A DNA stretch of 35,929 nucleotides from a virus (lineage: Duplodnaviria > Heunggongvirae > Uroviricota > Caudoviricetes): IMG/VR virus record IMGVR_UViG_3300011591_000012, positions 1 through 35,929 of that record. One strand, 5' to 3'. This document shows, one piece after another, positions 18,632 to 28,639 of this stretch. Below the pieces are notes generated by a model that saw only the letters and a list, made by a program, of their open reading frames with translations, searched no databases and was not told where the DNA came from. Numbering within the stretch: the first letter of the stretch is position 1; each line of letters starts with the position of its first letter. Made by a program: the position numbers and the translations under genes.

Positions 18632-19084
18632 CTAACGGTCGAGGTGCGCCAGAATAATCTCTTCAATCATCTGCACATCCTCACCGGTAAAGCCGAGCAG
18701 GGGACGCGCCGGATAATCAATTTTCTTACCATCTTTCCGGTTTTCTTCCGACAGACCGAACTGATGCACACTGGCGATTTTCGGTGACTTCCCGCCGTAA
18801 AACTCCATTGATGCCTGTTCCGGGCTGGCGCGGATATGCAAAAAACGACTGGTGATAAGTTTCGCAAACATTTTTCGCTTAACACGACCAGTCTTTTTTC
18901 TGGCGCTCTGCTGCTGGCGTGGCGCGTAGGGTGTGCCGTCCGGGGCTTTCTGAGCCATCACCCGACGCTGCTGACTCTGCCGCAGACGTTTCGCCAGTTC
19001 GGCGCTCAGTCGCCGACGCCCTGACGGTGACAGCGATTCAATCAGTCCGGTCAGCCGGTCTTCAAAACGCTTAAACTCATTCAT
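18632..19084 (-). CDS. S: Tail completion protein S
   Basis: 150-aa ORF in the S position. Confidence 0.85.
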   Translation of the reverse strand: MNEFKRFEDRLTGLIESLSPSGRRRLSAELAKRLRQSQQRRVMAQKAPDGTPYAPRQQQSARKKTGRVKRKMFAKLITSRFLHIRASPEQASMEFYGGKSPKIASVHQFGLSEENRKDGKKIDYPARPLLGFTGEDVQMIEEIILAHLDR

Positions 19085-19544
19085 CCCACTTGCTCACCAG
19101 TTCGCCATTGATATAAAGCTCCACCGGGCGGGTGACCGGCTCCGGCGGCAGAGGTTCCGGGATATTCTTCACATGCAGCGCGCCGTCCACCTCACTGACC
19201 AGCGTGCGCTCGGTCAGCATCAGGCTGATGCTGATATCAAAGCTGCTGTCATTGTTGATGTCTGCATAAAACGTGAAGCCCTTTTTCTGGCCTTCGTCGG
19301 TGGTCATGATGTCGGGCTGATTTTCCCGCAGCCACGCCAGCACCGGCACGATGAGCAGGTCAAAATCACCGGTAAAGTCGGTCACAATGACATTGAGCGT
19401 GTAACGCTTTTCAAATGACAGCGACGTCGCCAGTGTGGAGGCAATACTCCCGTTATCCACGAATATCCGAAGCATCTCGGGACTGGTTTTCAGCACCGTG
19501 ACGGCATCAGTCAGCGCCCTGCGCAGGCTGTCGGGTTTGAGCAT
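19077..19544 (-). CDS. R: Tail completion protein R
   Basis: 155-aa ORF in the R position, overlapping the S start. Confidence 0.85.
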   Translation of the reverse strand: MLKPDSLRRALTDAVTVLKTSPEMLRIFVDNGSIASTLATSLSFEKRYTLNVIVTDFTGDFDLLIVPVLAWLRENQPDIMTTDEGQKKGFTFYADINNDSSFDISISLMLTERTLVSEVDGALHVKNIPEPLPPEPVTRPVELYINGELVSKWDE

Positions 19545-19797
19545 CGTTTTCGTCCTGACAGTGTTTAATCATTTTTACCTGGCTGGCACAGCGTGCCAGC
19601 GCGTTCTCAAGCTGTCGGATATCGGCACTTAAATCGCCGTTCGTCTCCGGGTCACTGCCCGGCATCTGGCAAAGGCTCACTTTCGGGCAAGCGTTGGCGA
19701 CAATCACTGGCGTCTGTGCAGACCGGGCGCTGGTGCAACCGGCGCACAGCATCAGGCAGGCCAGCGCCGTACCAGCGGCGAAAATCTTCGTTTTCAT
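19507..19797 (-). CDS. lysC: LysC, Rz1-like outer-membrane lipoprotein spanin
   Basis: 96 aa with signal peptide and lipobox (LMLCAGC); starts inside lysB in another frame and extends into R, the typical overlapped spanin layout. Confidence 0.7.
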   Translation of the reverse strand: MKTKIFAAGTALACLMLCAGCTSARSAQTPVIVANACPKVSLCQMPGSDPETNGDLSADIRQLENALARCASQVKMIKHCQDENDAQTRQPAQGAD

Positions 19798-20077
19798 TCA
19801 GTAACCTCGTGATGGTTTTCTCGCGCTGTGCTTCACGCTTCGCCGCGTTCTCCAGTTCCTGACGCAGTGCCACCTGCGCCAGCTCGTTTTTGTCTGCTCT
19901 GGTGAGGGCAACATGAAGCTGATTTTTCAGCATGGTGATGGTCGTCTGCTGCCCGTTGGCGACGTTGTTCGCCCTGTCCAGCGAGGTGCGCAGGCTGGCG
20001 TTTTCATGCTTCGCCAGAAACAGACCGGCCACCGCCAGTGATAACAACACAACCAGCACAATCATCAGCTTTGACAT
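19652..20077 (-). CDS. lysB: LysB, Rz-like inner-membrane spanin
   Basis: 141 aa, N-terminal transmembrane helix then coiled-coil-like region; synteny. Confidence 0.75.
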   Translation of the reverse strand: MSKLMIVLVVLLSLAVAGLFLAKHENASLRTSLDRANNVANGQQTTITMLKNQLHVALTRADKNELAQVALRQELENAAKREAQREKTITRLLNENEDFRRWYGAGLPDAVRRLHQRPVCTDASDCRQRLPESEPLPDAGQ

Positions 20078-20490
20078 GGTTCCCGCCCCTCAAAACGCTG
20101 ACGACAGGCCGTGCGTATCAACCGGAAGAACACCGACGCCACGAGGTAAATCAGCGCGGTAAAAATCCACCCGGCAGTGACCAGCGAGATAAACGTCGCC
20201 ACCATCACCACCAGAGCCGCCGCCCGTCTGCGCCACGGCACCGGCTGCAAAAACAGCGACGCGACAATATTCACGGCCAGCGATTCTGGCGGCAGCTCCC
20301 GCCCGTAGCGTTCCAGCACATACTCAGTGGCATACACGCCGACACCACCGGCAACCACACAGATAACCGTCGCCAGAATCGCCCAGGCGGCGACAAAATT
20401 GACGGCCACGCTCTGCGGGTAAATCAGGAACAGTGCCAGCATCAGCGCCAGCGACACGTTCAGCATCAGTGAAAGGGATAATTTCTTCAT
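20065..20490 (-). CDS. lysA: LysA, lysis timing membrane protein
   Basis: 141 aa with multiple hydrophobic helices; position between K and lysB. Confidence 0.7.
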   Translation of the reverse strand: MKKLSLSLMLNVSLALMLALFLIYPQSVAVNFVAAWAILATVICVVAGGVGVYATEYVLERYGRELPPESLAVNIVASLFLQPVPWRRRAAALVVMVATFISLVTAGWIFTALIYLVASVFFRLIRTACRQRFEGREPCQS

Positions 20491-20504
20491 GGTGTTTACT
20501 CCGT

Positions 20505-21002
20505 TTAAGCCGGTACGCCGCCAGCGGTACGCCAGACGGTGACCAGTTTTTCCAGTGAATGCTCACGCTGACCGTAACCGGCACCCGGCAGGGACGCCCA
20601 GATATTGCGACAGCGTGAAATGGCTCGCTCAATGCGTCCCGCCCGGATGTCATCCAGTGCACCGCGTTCGCGGATCAACTGAATGGCAAGTCTGTCCTGT
20701 GACAACGGACTGAAATCCGGCAGGGCAAGCTGTTTGCGGTAATGCGGCCAGAACAGGTAAAGATGCTGATAGCGACCTGAGGCCGTGGATTTTTCACCGC
20801 GACGGTTAAACACCTTCGCCGGTCGGCCATGTGCGAACGGGTGGTCACTGTAGTCGGTGAAGATTTCCGGCTTCCCGTCCAGTCCGGTGACTATCACGTC
20901 ATAGCCCCGGTTTTTCGTCAGCGGATGGTTTGCCGTCCCTTCGGACACGGCCAGCATGTCGAGAAAGGCGGCGATATTCTGATGCGTGTTAATAACCGGC
21001 AT
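20505..21002 (-). CDS. K: Endolysin K (lysozyme)
   Basis: 165-aa ORF recognised as P2 gpK-like (MPVINTHQNIAAFLDMLAVSEGT...); synteny. Confidence 0.85.
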   Translation of the reverse strand: MPVINTHQNIAAFLDMLAVSEGTANHPLTKNRGYDVIVTGLDGKPEIFTDYSDHPFAHGRPAKVFNRRGEKSTASGRYQHLYLFWPHYRKQLALPDFSPLSQDRLAIQLIRERGALDDIRAGRIERAISRCRNIWASLPGAGYGQREHSLEKLVTVWRTAGGVPA

Positions 21003-21283
21003 TACGGTTTCCCCCTACCCTTAAAGCGGCGCTGAATGGCAATCTCAATCACCTGATAACCGGCGATACCCAGCATGGAGCCGATACCGCACACCGCAGG
21101 CAGTGACAGGTCAGGAAACTGCACCAGAACAACACCGGCAACCATCGAGACAAAACCACCGAGCAACATGCGCCCGATAAACAGACGCGGGGTGATGGGT
21201 TCACCACCGGCAAGCACCTTGCCGACAACAATCAGCACCCCAATCATGAAAAGCGACAGGACGCTTTTTTCTTCTGCTGTCAT
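21002..21283 (-). CDS. Y: Holin Y
   Basis: 93-aa hydrophobic protein directly upstream of K. Confidence 0.8.
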   Translation of the reverse strand: MTAEEKSVLSLFMIGVLIVVGKVLAGGEPITPRLFIGRMLLGGFVSMVAGVVLVQFPDLSLPAVCGIGSMLGIAGYQVIEIAIQRRFKGRGKP

Positions 21284-21286
21284 GCG

Positions 21287-21490
21287 TTACTCCCACAGAT
21301 TGACAGTTTCAGCCACGGGCGCGGTCTGAACGTCGGGCAGTTCGACGGCGGTGCCGTGTGGCAGCACCGCACCCAGTTCAGCCAGTCCCGGATTTGCGGC
21401 GAGCACGGTCTCAACCACGCCCTCAGTGCGCCCGTAATACCGGACACAAATGGCGTCGAGCGTGTCGCCCTGTAGCGCAAAGGTCTTCAT
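21287..21490 (-). CDS. X: Tail protein X
   Basis: 67-aa product MKTFALQGDTLDAICVRYYGRTEGVVETVLAANPGLAELG... from the internal Met of ORF 21287..21559; its ATG overlaps the L stop (TGATG). Confidence 0.8.
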   Translation of the reverse strand: MKTFALQGDTLDAICVRYYGRTEGVVETVLAANPGLAELGAVLPHGTAVELPDVQTAPVAETVNLWE

Positions 21491-21999
21491 CAGATTTGAC
21501 TCACGATGCAGCGCGGCTTGTCCTGGATGCGCGCCACTGCCCAGCGCATATCTCGCCACAGCTCATCAATGGTGCTGTCAATGCTGTCGGCCTTCTTGTC
21601 GCCTTTCGCACTGGCATCCACACCGCGATAACGTTCATAAAGCGACGCGGTCGCCATCGCACACACGGCGCGCTCGTAGTAAAAAACTTTGATGCTTTCA
21701 CCGTCGATGTCGTCCGCCGGGACGTCCGCCAGACGCGTAAAACCGGCGGCAATTTTCTGTTCGCGGTACTCGTACAGCTCCGCATTCGTCTCCGCCATGC
21801 CTGACTTGATGGCCTCACGCAGACGGGCGGGGGCGACGGTCTGCTCAAGGCGCATACGTTCCCGGACGCGCTTCGGGTCGATATCGGGAAAAAAGAACGT
21901 GTTTTTAATCACCGGCTCGTCGCCTGCCGGTTGCGGGATGACCACCGTACCCTCACCGGACACGGGAGCCTCCTTTCGCGGAATAATCAGCGTCATCAT
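21490..21999 (-). CDS. L: Head completion/stabilisation protein L
   Basis: 169-aa product from MMTLIIPRKEAPVSG... (internal start of ORF 21490..22059). Confidence 0.85.
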   Translation of the reverse strand: MMTLIIPRKEAPVSGEGTVVIPQPAGDEPVIKNTFFFPDIDPKRVRERMRLEQTVAPARLREAIKSGMAETNAELYEYREQKIAAGFTRLADVPADDIDGESIKVFYYERAVCAMATASLYERYRGVDASAKGDKKADSIDSTIDELWRDMRWAVARIQDKPRCIVSQI

Positions 22000-22098
22000 G
22001 ACTACCTCTGAAAAGTCGGGCGGTGGACGCCGGTGCAGTGTCAGGTGATTCACCCTCACTGACCGGCGTGCCGCCCTGGCGCGGGGCGCATTCGGTTG

Positions 22099-22842
22099 TT
22101 AACTGGCTTTCTTTTTCGGGCGTCCACGTTTTGCCGGTGTCACGCTCCGGGTCTTACGCGGGGCGCGGGTGGCCGCTTTGGGCTGCGGCTCCGGCTTCGG
22201 TTTCAGCTCCCGCTCCAGTCGTTCAATCTCTTTTTTGACGCCTGCCTGACAGTCGAGCTGTGTCGCACGTTGCAGGTGAGCCAGCGCACCGGCGGCATCA
22301 CCACCGTCACGCAGAAACAGACCGGTAATTTTGTGCAGCTTTGCGCGCACTTCATCAGGCATGTCAGCCGTGGCGGTCAGTTCAAGGGTCTCCGTCAGCA
22401 GGCGGGTATCCACAGACTCACCGGCAGCGTGAGCGCGCATGGCCGCAAGCGCTACCTCCTCGGTGAACATGTACGGCGGGGTACGGCGGTGTTTACCCGG
22501 CATGGTCAGACCGTACTTCAGGGCATAACGGGCAATCTCCAGCGCACCGGCAATATCGCCGGTATCCAGACGCCACAGCATGACCGTCATCAGAATGTCA
22601 TCCTGTGCACCTTTGCCCTGCTCCAGCACGCCGTTTACCCACGGCAACCAGAACGGCAGCAGTTCGCGTTTTTTCGCGGCCTTCAGCTCTTTTGAATAAA
22701 TCGCTTTCAGTGTGCGCTGGTCTGCGGCGAGCTTAACCAGCATCTGCTCATAGACAGTTGCATGTCGCAGCGGGGCGGCTTCCCGCTGCGCGGTCATCGC
22801 TGCCGAGACCCGCATCATGTGGCGCTGTGCGGGACTCGTCAT
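22099..22842 (-). CDS. M: Terminase small (endonuclease) subunit M
   Basis: 247-aa ORF in the M position, basic C-terminal tail. Confidence 0.85.
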   Translation of the reverse strand: MTSPAQRHMMRVSAAMTAQREAAPLRHATVYEQMLVKLAADQRTLKAIYSKELKAAKKRELLPFWLPWVNGVLEQGKGAQDDILMTVMLWRLDTGDIAGALEIARYALKYGLTMPGKHRRTPPYMFTEEVALAAMRAHAAGESVDTRLLTETLELTATADMPDEVRAKLHKITGLFLRDGGDAAGALAHLQRATQLDCQAGVKKEIERLERELKPKPEPQPKAATRAPRKTRSVTPAKRGRPKKKAS

Positions 22843-22845
22843 CGG

Positions 22846-23919
22846 TTACGCTCCAGGCTCTGCGGTCGCTTTAGCCAGTGTGGAGAAATCACCGACCTTA
22901 ATTTTTTCCACCAGACAACCGGCGGCGTAGTCTTCCACCACGTAATCAATGTTCATTGACTCGTAGTTCTCCACGCGGTCGAGTTTCGGGTTTTCCTCAA
23001 TCACGCGGCGATGGCTGTCATCCATGTAGTAGATGGACAGGTTTTCCAGCTTTGTGATGAGCATCGCATCCGCCGGGAAGTACGGGACGCGTACCGCCGG
23101 CAGGTTACCGATGCGTTTCTGGCTGATGATGACGTCAGCGGCCAGCATTTCGCTGTTGTCCTGCTCCTTGTTGACGATGGGAAAATACTTGTCCGCCAGT
23201 AGCTGACGTCCCACAATCACCACAAGGTCAGGGTCTTCCTGATACCACGGCTCAATCAGGTTGTTGGTCGCATCCATCACCAGTGCGTCAAGGCTGGCAT
23301 AATCACCGCCCTTACCCACGCGGATAACCTCAGAGGTGGTGTGCCCTTCCTCGTCAGTGACCTTGCTCATCACGCGCGCCGGTGCTTCATTGCGGTATTT
23401 CTGCAGCCAGCCGACCGCCACATCCTGTAGCATCGGATTACTGCTGCGGTCAGAGGTTTCGGCACGCCTCACGCCGTTAAAACCGGCCATGATTAAATCA
23501 AGGGACTGGCGTTTGATAATGGCGTTACGGACACGGAGCTGGAAATCCTGATAACGCGCCCACAGGTCAAGCGTTTTGTAGCGGATATAAAAATCGAAGT
23601 TAATCTGGTCGCATTCGTACTTGTTTGACGCCAGCTTCGAGAAGTCCTTCGGCTGACGCTCGGTGCCACCGGCGGTGTCGCTGGTGCTGGCGATGGAGCC
23701 GGTGACACCAATACCAATTTTTTCCCCTTTCATTTCGCTGACCGGCACAATGTTGATGCGGGTCAGAAAGTCAGAGGACTCCTGCATGGTGTTCATCAGG
23801 GTCTGGGTGACCGACGGTTCAACGGTGAATTTTTTCGACACATCACCGGCGTCGATGCCGTTCAGTTCGGCAACACGGGACAGGTAGGCATTAAATTTAA
23901 AGCGGGTTTCCTGGCGCAT
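22846..23919 (-). CDS. N: Major capsid protein N
   Basis: 357-aa ORF, size and position of P2 gpN. Confidence 0.9.
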   Translation of the reverse strand: MRQETRFKFNAYLSRVAELNGIDAGDVSKKFTVEPSVTQTLMNTMQESSDFLTRINIVPVSEMKGEKIGIGVTGSIASTSDTAGGTERQPKDFSKLASNKYECDQINFDFYIRYKTLDLWARYQDFQLRVRNAIIKRQSLDLIMAGFNGVRRAETSDRSSNPMLQDVAVGWLQKYRNEAPARVMSKVTDEEGHTTSEVIRVGKGGDYASLDALVMDATNNLIEPWYQEDPDLVVIVGRQLLADKYFPIVNKEQDNSEMLAADVIISQKRIGNLPAVRVPYFPADAMLITKLENLSIYYMDDSHRRVIEENPKLDRVENYESMNIDYVVEDYAAGCLVEKIKVGDFSTLAKATAEPGA

Positions 23920-23977
23920 AGTTTTTCCTGAAATTAAGGGTTAATCGTGAAGGTTTTCCCGGACTGACTGACACCGG

Positions 23978-24832
23978 TCAGCAGTTCGTCATCAGGGCGT
24001 CACCGCCACCGCCGGTGGCTTTACTGCGGCGCTGCTGGGTCAGACTTTCGGTGTGGTCGAGACTGTTTTTCAGGCGGGTGAATGCCTGACTGGTTTCATC
24101 CGCCCTGTCAGTCACATCCTGCTTAAGTGCGGAAAAGGCGGTTTCCATCTCAGCAAGGCGCTGCTCAGTGGCGCTCAGTTTTTCCTGCACATGCTCAGCG
24201 ACAGCGGTCACCGCTTCATGCACGTCATTCAGACGGGCGTCATCGCTGGCCTGTTTGCGGCCAAAAATGGATTTCACCTTTTCGGTCAGGGCTGTGAACA
24301 CGGTTTCAGGCAGGTCTTCAAATTCCAGCTCAACAGGCGTTGCCACTGAAATCAGGTTTTCAGGGCTTAATTTGAAGCGGTTCAGGGGGTTGTGTTTTGC
24401 CGTGCGGCAGAATTCCAGGTATTCCGTACCGAGGCTTGCCGGGTCATCGGTGACGGCCAGCCCCACCAGATAACATTTGCCGGTGTTGGCAAAGTTCGGC
24501 TGAATTTCCATTGAGGTGTAGACCTTCTGCGCGGCCTTGTTCATCGCGATAAGGTCATCGGTCGGGGTGATTTTCGCAAACAGCGCCCATTTGCCTTTCA
24601 GCGCCGAATCGTCATCAATCTTTTCGGCCTTCAGTTCGACCACATCGCCATAACGTTTAAAAATGCCGTCAGGCAGGATGCCGCGCAGATGTTCCAGGTT
24701 AATGCGGCAACCATAGACTCGCGGGTCAAAGGTTTCGGCCATTTCCTGAATATCCTGCGCACTGATGACACGCCCGTCACAGGTGTCACCCTCAACGCCG
24801 ATACGAAAGAATTTTGAGACTTTTTTTGCCAT
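23978..24832 (-). CDS. O: Capsid scaffolding protein O
   Basis: 284-aa product from MAKKVSKFFRIGVEGDTCDGRV... (internal ATG at 24830-24832 with AGGA RBS) within ORF 23978..24898. Confidence 0.85.
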   Translation of the reverse strand: MAKKVSKFFRIGVEGDTCDGRVISAQDIQEMAETFDPRVYGCRINLEHLRGILPDGIFKRYGDVVELKAEKIDDDSALKGKWALFAKITPTDDLIAMNKAAQKVYTSMEIQPNFANTGKCYLVGLAVTDDPASLGTEYLEFCRTAKHNPLNRFKLSPENLISVATPVELEFEDLPETVFTALTEKVKSIFGRKQASDDARLNDVHEAVTAVAEHVQEKLSATEQRLAEMETAFSALKQDVTDRADETSQAFTRLKNSLDHTESLTQQRRSKATGGGGDALMTNC

Positions 24833-25005
24833 TGTCAGGAGTCCTGAATAGTGATTAGAGGAGTCACATGTCGGCATCAGTTTCCCGACGATGCGCATCC
24901 TCCGCCATCAGTCCCGGATGGCTTATCACTGACACAACAGCACCTTAGCGAATCGCGGGGCGCGACTCAGTAGCCTTGCCGTGTATTCATCACGGCGAGG
25001 TATTC
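24833..25005. promoter_or_regulatory. Divergent late promoter region between O (minus) and P (plus)
   Basis: 173-bp non-coding spacer between divergently oriented head operons; positional inference, no motif confirmed. Confidence 0.3.
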
Positions 25006-26778
25006 ATGACCATCACCACAGACACCACTCTTTTGCACGACCCGCGTCGTCAGGCGGCGCTGCTGTACTGGCAGGGGTTTTCCGTGCCGCAGATTGCCGC
25101 CATGTTGCAGATGAAACGCCCGACGGTGCAGAGCTGGAAACAGCGCGACGGCTGGGACAGCGTTGCCCCCATCAGCCGTGTCGAAATGAGTCTGGAAGCG
25201 CGGCTGACCCAGCTCATTATCAAACCGCAGAAAACCGGCGGTGACTTCAAGGAAATTGACCTGCTCGGACGCCAGATTGAACGACTGGCACGGGTAAACC
25301 GCTACAACCAGACCGGCAACGAGGCAGACCTTAATCCGAACATCGCTAACCGCAACAAAGGCGGGCGACGCAAACCGAAAAAGAATTTTTTCAGCGACGA
25401 GGCTATCGAAAAGCTGGAGCAGATTTTCTTTGAGCAGTCTTTCGAATATCAGTTGCACTGGTATCGCGCCGGGCTTGAGCACCGCATCCGCGATATCCTG
25501 AAATCCCGCCAGATTGGCGCGACGTTTTATTTTTCCCGCGAGGCGCTGCTGCGCGCCCTGAAAACCGGTCATAACCAGATTTTTCTGTCGGCCAGTAAAA
25601 CGCAGGCGTATGTGTTCCGCGAATACATCATCGCCTTTGCCCGGCTGGTTGACGTTGACCTGACCGGTGACCCGATTGCCCTGGGCAATAACGGCGCAAA
25701 ACTGATTTTTCTCGGCACCAACTCCAACACCGCACAGAGCCATAACGGCGACCTGTACGTCGACGAGATTTTCTGGATCCCGAATTTTCAGGTACTGCGT
25801 AAGGTGGCATCAGGTATGGCCTCACAGAGTCACCTGCGCTCGACCTATTTCTCCACCCCGTCCACGCTGGCGCACGACGCCTACCCGTTCTGGTCGGGGG
25901 AACTGTTTAACCGGGGACGCGCCAGCGCCGCTGAACGCGTGGAAATCGACGTCAGTCATAACGCCCTTGCCGGTGGGCTTCTCTGTGCGGACGGCCAGTG
26001 GCGGCAGATTGTCACCATTGAGGACGCGCTGAAAGGCGGCTGCACGCTGTTCGACATTGAGCAGCTCAAACGTGAAAACAGCGCCGACGATTTTAAAAAC
26101 CTGTTCATGTGTGAATTTGTTGACGACAAGGCGTCGGTGTTCCCGTTCGAGGAGCTGCAACGCTGCATGGTCGACACGCTGGAAGAATGGGAAGACTATG
26201 CGCCGTTTGCCGCCAATCCGTTCGGCTCCCGCCCGGTATGGATTGGTTACGACCCGTCACACCGTGGCGACAGCGCCGGATGCGTGGTACTGGCACCGCC
26301 GGTGGTGGCCGGTGGCAAATTCAGAATACTTGAGCGTCACCAGTGGAAAGGCATGGACTTTGCCACTCAGGCTGAATCCATCCGCAAACTCACTGAAAAA
26401 TACAACGTCGAATACATCGGAATTGATGCCACCGGCCTCGGTGTCGGCGTGTTCCAGCTCGTGCGCTCGTTCTATCCCGCCGCGCGCGATATCCGCTACA
26501 CACCGGAAATGAAAACCGCAATGGTGCTCAAGGCAAAAGACGTTATCCGTCGTGGCTGTCTGGAATATGACGTCAGCGCCACCGACATCACCAGCTCGTT
26601 TATGGCTATCCGCAAGACCATGACCAGCAGCGGACGCAGCGCCACCTATGAGGCCAGCCGCAGCGAGGAAGCCAGCCACGCCGACCTCGCCTGGGCGACC
26701 ATGCACGCCCTGTTAAATGAGCCACTCACCGCCGGTATCAGCACCTCGCTGACATCCACCATTCTGGAGTTTTACTGA
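25006..26778 (+). CDS. P: Terminase large (ATPase) subunit P
   Basis: 590-aa product from ATG 25006 (GAGG RBS); the ORF track start at 24976 is a TTG extension. Confidence 0.9.
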   Translation: MTITTDTTLLHDPRRQAALLYWQGFSVPQIAAMLQMKRPTVQSWKQRDGWDSVAPISRVEMSLEARLTQLIIKPQKTGGDFKEIDLLGRQIERLARVNRYNQTGNEADLNPNIANRNKGGRRKPKKNFFSDEAIEKLEQIFFEQSFEYQLHWYRAGLEHRIRDILKSRQIGATFYFSREALLRALKTGHNQIFLSASKTQAYVFREYIIAFARLVDVDLTGDPIALGNNGAKLIFLGTNSNTAQSHNGDLYVDEIFWIPNFQVLRKVASGMASQSHLRSTYFSTPSTLAHDAYPFWSGELFNRGRASAAERVEIDVSHNALAGGLLCADGQWRQIVTIEDALKGGCTLFDIEQLKRENSADDFKNLFMCEFVDDKASVFPFEELQRCMVDTLEEWEDYAPFAANPFGSRPVWIGYDPSHRGDSAGCVVLAPPVVAGGKFRILERHQWKGMDFATQAESIRKLTEKYNVEYIGIDATGLGVGVFQLVRSFYPAARDIRYTPEMKTAMVLKAKDVIRRGCLEYDVSATDITSSFMAIRKTMTSSGRSATYEASRSEEASHADLAWATMHALLNEPLTAGISTSLTSTILEFY

Positions 26779-27812
26779 TGAGCAAGAAAAAAGGGAAAAC
26801 ACCGCAACCTGCGGCAAAAAAAATGACCGCCAGCGCCCCGAAAATGGAGGCATTCACCTTTGGTGAGCCGGTGCCGGTACTCGACCGCCGTGACATTCTG
26901 GATTACGTCGAGTGCATCAGTAACGGCAGATGGTATGAGCCACCGGTCAGCTTTACCGGTCTGGCAAAAAGCCTGCGTGCTGCCGTACATCACAGCTCAC
27001 CGATTTACGTCAAACGTAATATTCTGGCTTCAACGTTTATTCCGCACCCGTGGCTTTCCCAGCAGGATTTCAGCCGCTTTGTGCTGGATTTTCTGGTGTT
27101 CGGTAATGCGTTTCTGGAAAAGCGTTACAGCACCACCGGTAAGGTCATCAGACTGGAAACCTCACCGGCAAAATATACCCGCCGTGGTGTGGAAGAGGAT
27201 GTTTACTGGTGGGTGCCGTCCTTCAACGAGCCGACAGCCTTCGCGCCCGGCTCCGTGTTTCACCTGCTGGAGCCCGATATTAATCAGGAGCTGTACGGCC
27301 TGCCGGAATATCTGAGCGCCCTTAACTCTGCCTGGCTGAATGAGTCGGCCACGCTGTTCCGCCGCAAGTATTACGAAAACGGCGCACATGCCGGATACAT
27401 CATGTACGTCACTGATGCCGTGCAGGATCGCAACGATATCGAAATGCTTCGCGAAAACATGGTGAAGTCGAAAGGCCGCAACAACTTTAAAAACCTGTTT
27501 CTCTATGCCCCGCAGGGGAAAGCCGACGGCATTAAAATTATCCCGCTCAGTGAAGTGGCAACGAAGGACGATTTTTTTAATATCAAAAAAGCCAGCGCCG
27601 CTGACCTGCTGGACGCGCACCGCATCCCCTTTCAGTTGATGGGCGGCAAGCCGGAGAACGTCGGGTCGCTGGGCGATATTGAGAAAGTGGCAAAGGTCTT
27701 TGTCCGCAATGAGCTTATCCCGTTACAGGACAGGATCCGCGAGATAAACGGCTGGCTCGGTCAGGAGGTCATCCGCTTTAAAAACTACTCACTGGACACT
27801 GACAACGGCTGA
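26778..27812 (+). CDS. Q: Portal protein Q
   Basis: 344-aa ORF overlapping the P stop; size and position of P2 gpQ. Confidence 0.9.
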   Translation: MSKKKGKTPQPAAKKMTASAPKMEAFTFGEPVPVLDRRDILDYVECISNGRWYEPPVSFTGLAKSLRAAVHHSSPIYVKRNILASTFIPHPWLSQQDFSRFVLDFLVFGNAFLEKRYSTTGKVIRLETSPAKYTRRGVEEDVYWWVPSFNEPTAFAPGSVFHLLEPDINQELYGLPEYLSALNSAWLNESATLFRRKYYENGAHAGYIMYVTDAVQDRNDIEMLRENMVKSKGRNNFKNLFLYAPQGKADGIKIIPLSEVATKDDFFNIKKASAADLLDAHRIPFQLMGGKPENVGSLGDIEKVAKVFVRNELIPLQDRIREINGWLGQEVIRFKNYSLDTDNG

Positions 27813-27816
27813 ACAT

Positions 27817-27839
27817 CGCCGCCTGCGGGCGGCTTTTTT
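27817..27839 (+). terminator. Rho-independent terminator after Q
   Basis: GC stem CGCCGCC-tgc-GGCGGC (imperfect) followed by TTTTTT. Confidence 0.55.
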
Positions 27840-27981
27840 ACACCCCGTCATCACGCCCTCACACGTTCGCCACTGTACAAAACACCCCGCAGACACACCA
27901 ACGCCCCGGCAGGCCGACTAAACGCCATCACGACGCGCTCAGACGCTGAAAAAATAAAATCAGCACCACCGCCAGCGCGCA

Positions 27982-28000
27982 GTGCTTTCCCCGCCTCGCC
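27982..28000. other. cos site (19-nt cohesive end)
   Basis: Plus strand GTGCTTTCCCCGCCTCGCC is the reverse complement of the P2 cohesive end GGCGAGGCGGGGAAAGCAC as I recall it; it sits just beyond Q as in P2. Confidence 0.6.
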
Positions 28001-28128
28001 CGCCCGCTTCATGGGTCGGTTTTAATGCAGGTGCACGAACACACTGGAGACGCACCAGTACTGGCGGTGGTCACGTAGATCCGCCCCTTAAAAGCCATGC
28101 AGAATAATGCAACTATTGCGGGCGTCGG

Positions 28129-28548
28129 CTAATCATCTTCTAAAGGTGGAATTTTGATGCCACTAATTAGCAGTACTTTCCGGTATGCCTCAAAAATAAT
28201 GTTGTGTGTTTTTTGTAAATCATCGAGCATTTTTTGCCGTCCTGCTGGGGTATCTTTGGCAAAATTATGAGCGCGAAAAAAATCATGTGCCAAGTAGTTT
28301 CTGGCTTTAAGAGCATCTGACACATACTCCAGTGTATCAGCATCCTCCACCATCCTAGACTTCAGTGCGTAATTCAATTTACCCAGCGTGTATTTATCCA
28401 TTTCTAAAAACTGTTTTTTCAGCGACTGTATATCTTTCCCCTGACTCATATCATACTCAGTGATAACATTTATCAACTCAGTCTCCAGTAATTGAGCTGC
28501 TTCCGAAGCATAACCAAATTTCCAATAAACCGTATCAAGCGTCACCAT
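28129..28548 (-). CDS. Small alpha-helical protein with HEPN-like Rx4HxF motif (candidate RNase or partner protein)
   Basis: 139 aa, low GC; motif ALKARNYLAHDFF resembles the HEPN Rx4-6H signature; GGGGA RBS; 91 bp downstream of the HNH gene on the same strand. Confidence 0.45.
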   Translation of the reverse strand: MVTLDTVYWKFGYASEAAQLLETELINVITEYDMSQGKDIQSLKKQFLEMDKYTLGKLNYALKSRMVEDADTLEYVSDALKARNYLAHDFFRAHNFAKDTPAGRQKMLDDLQKTHNIIFEAYRKVLLISGIKIPPLEDD

Positions 28549-28639
28549 ATAATCTATTCCCCATATAACAAATCACACCCCAAATTAAATCATAATACAT
28601 AATTAAATCTAACGCCTCGCTGCACCAGAAGAAGTCATG

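Noticed and set aside
24967-25743. 258-aa minus-strand ORF overlapping the P start and the divergent late promoter
   Set aside because: Antisense to terminase P; would run through the promoter spacer; composition atypical.
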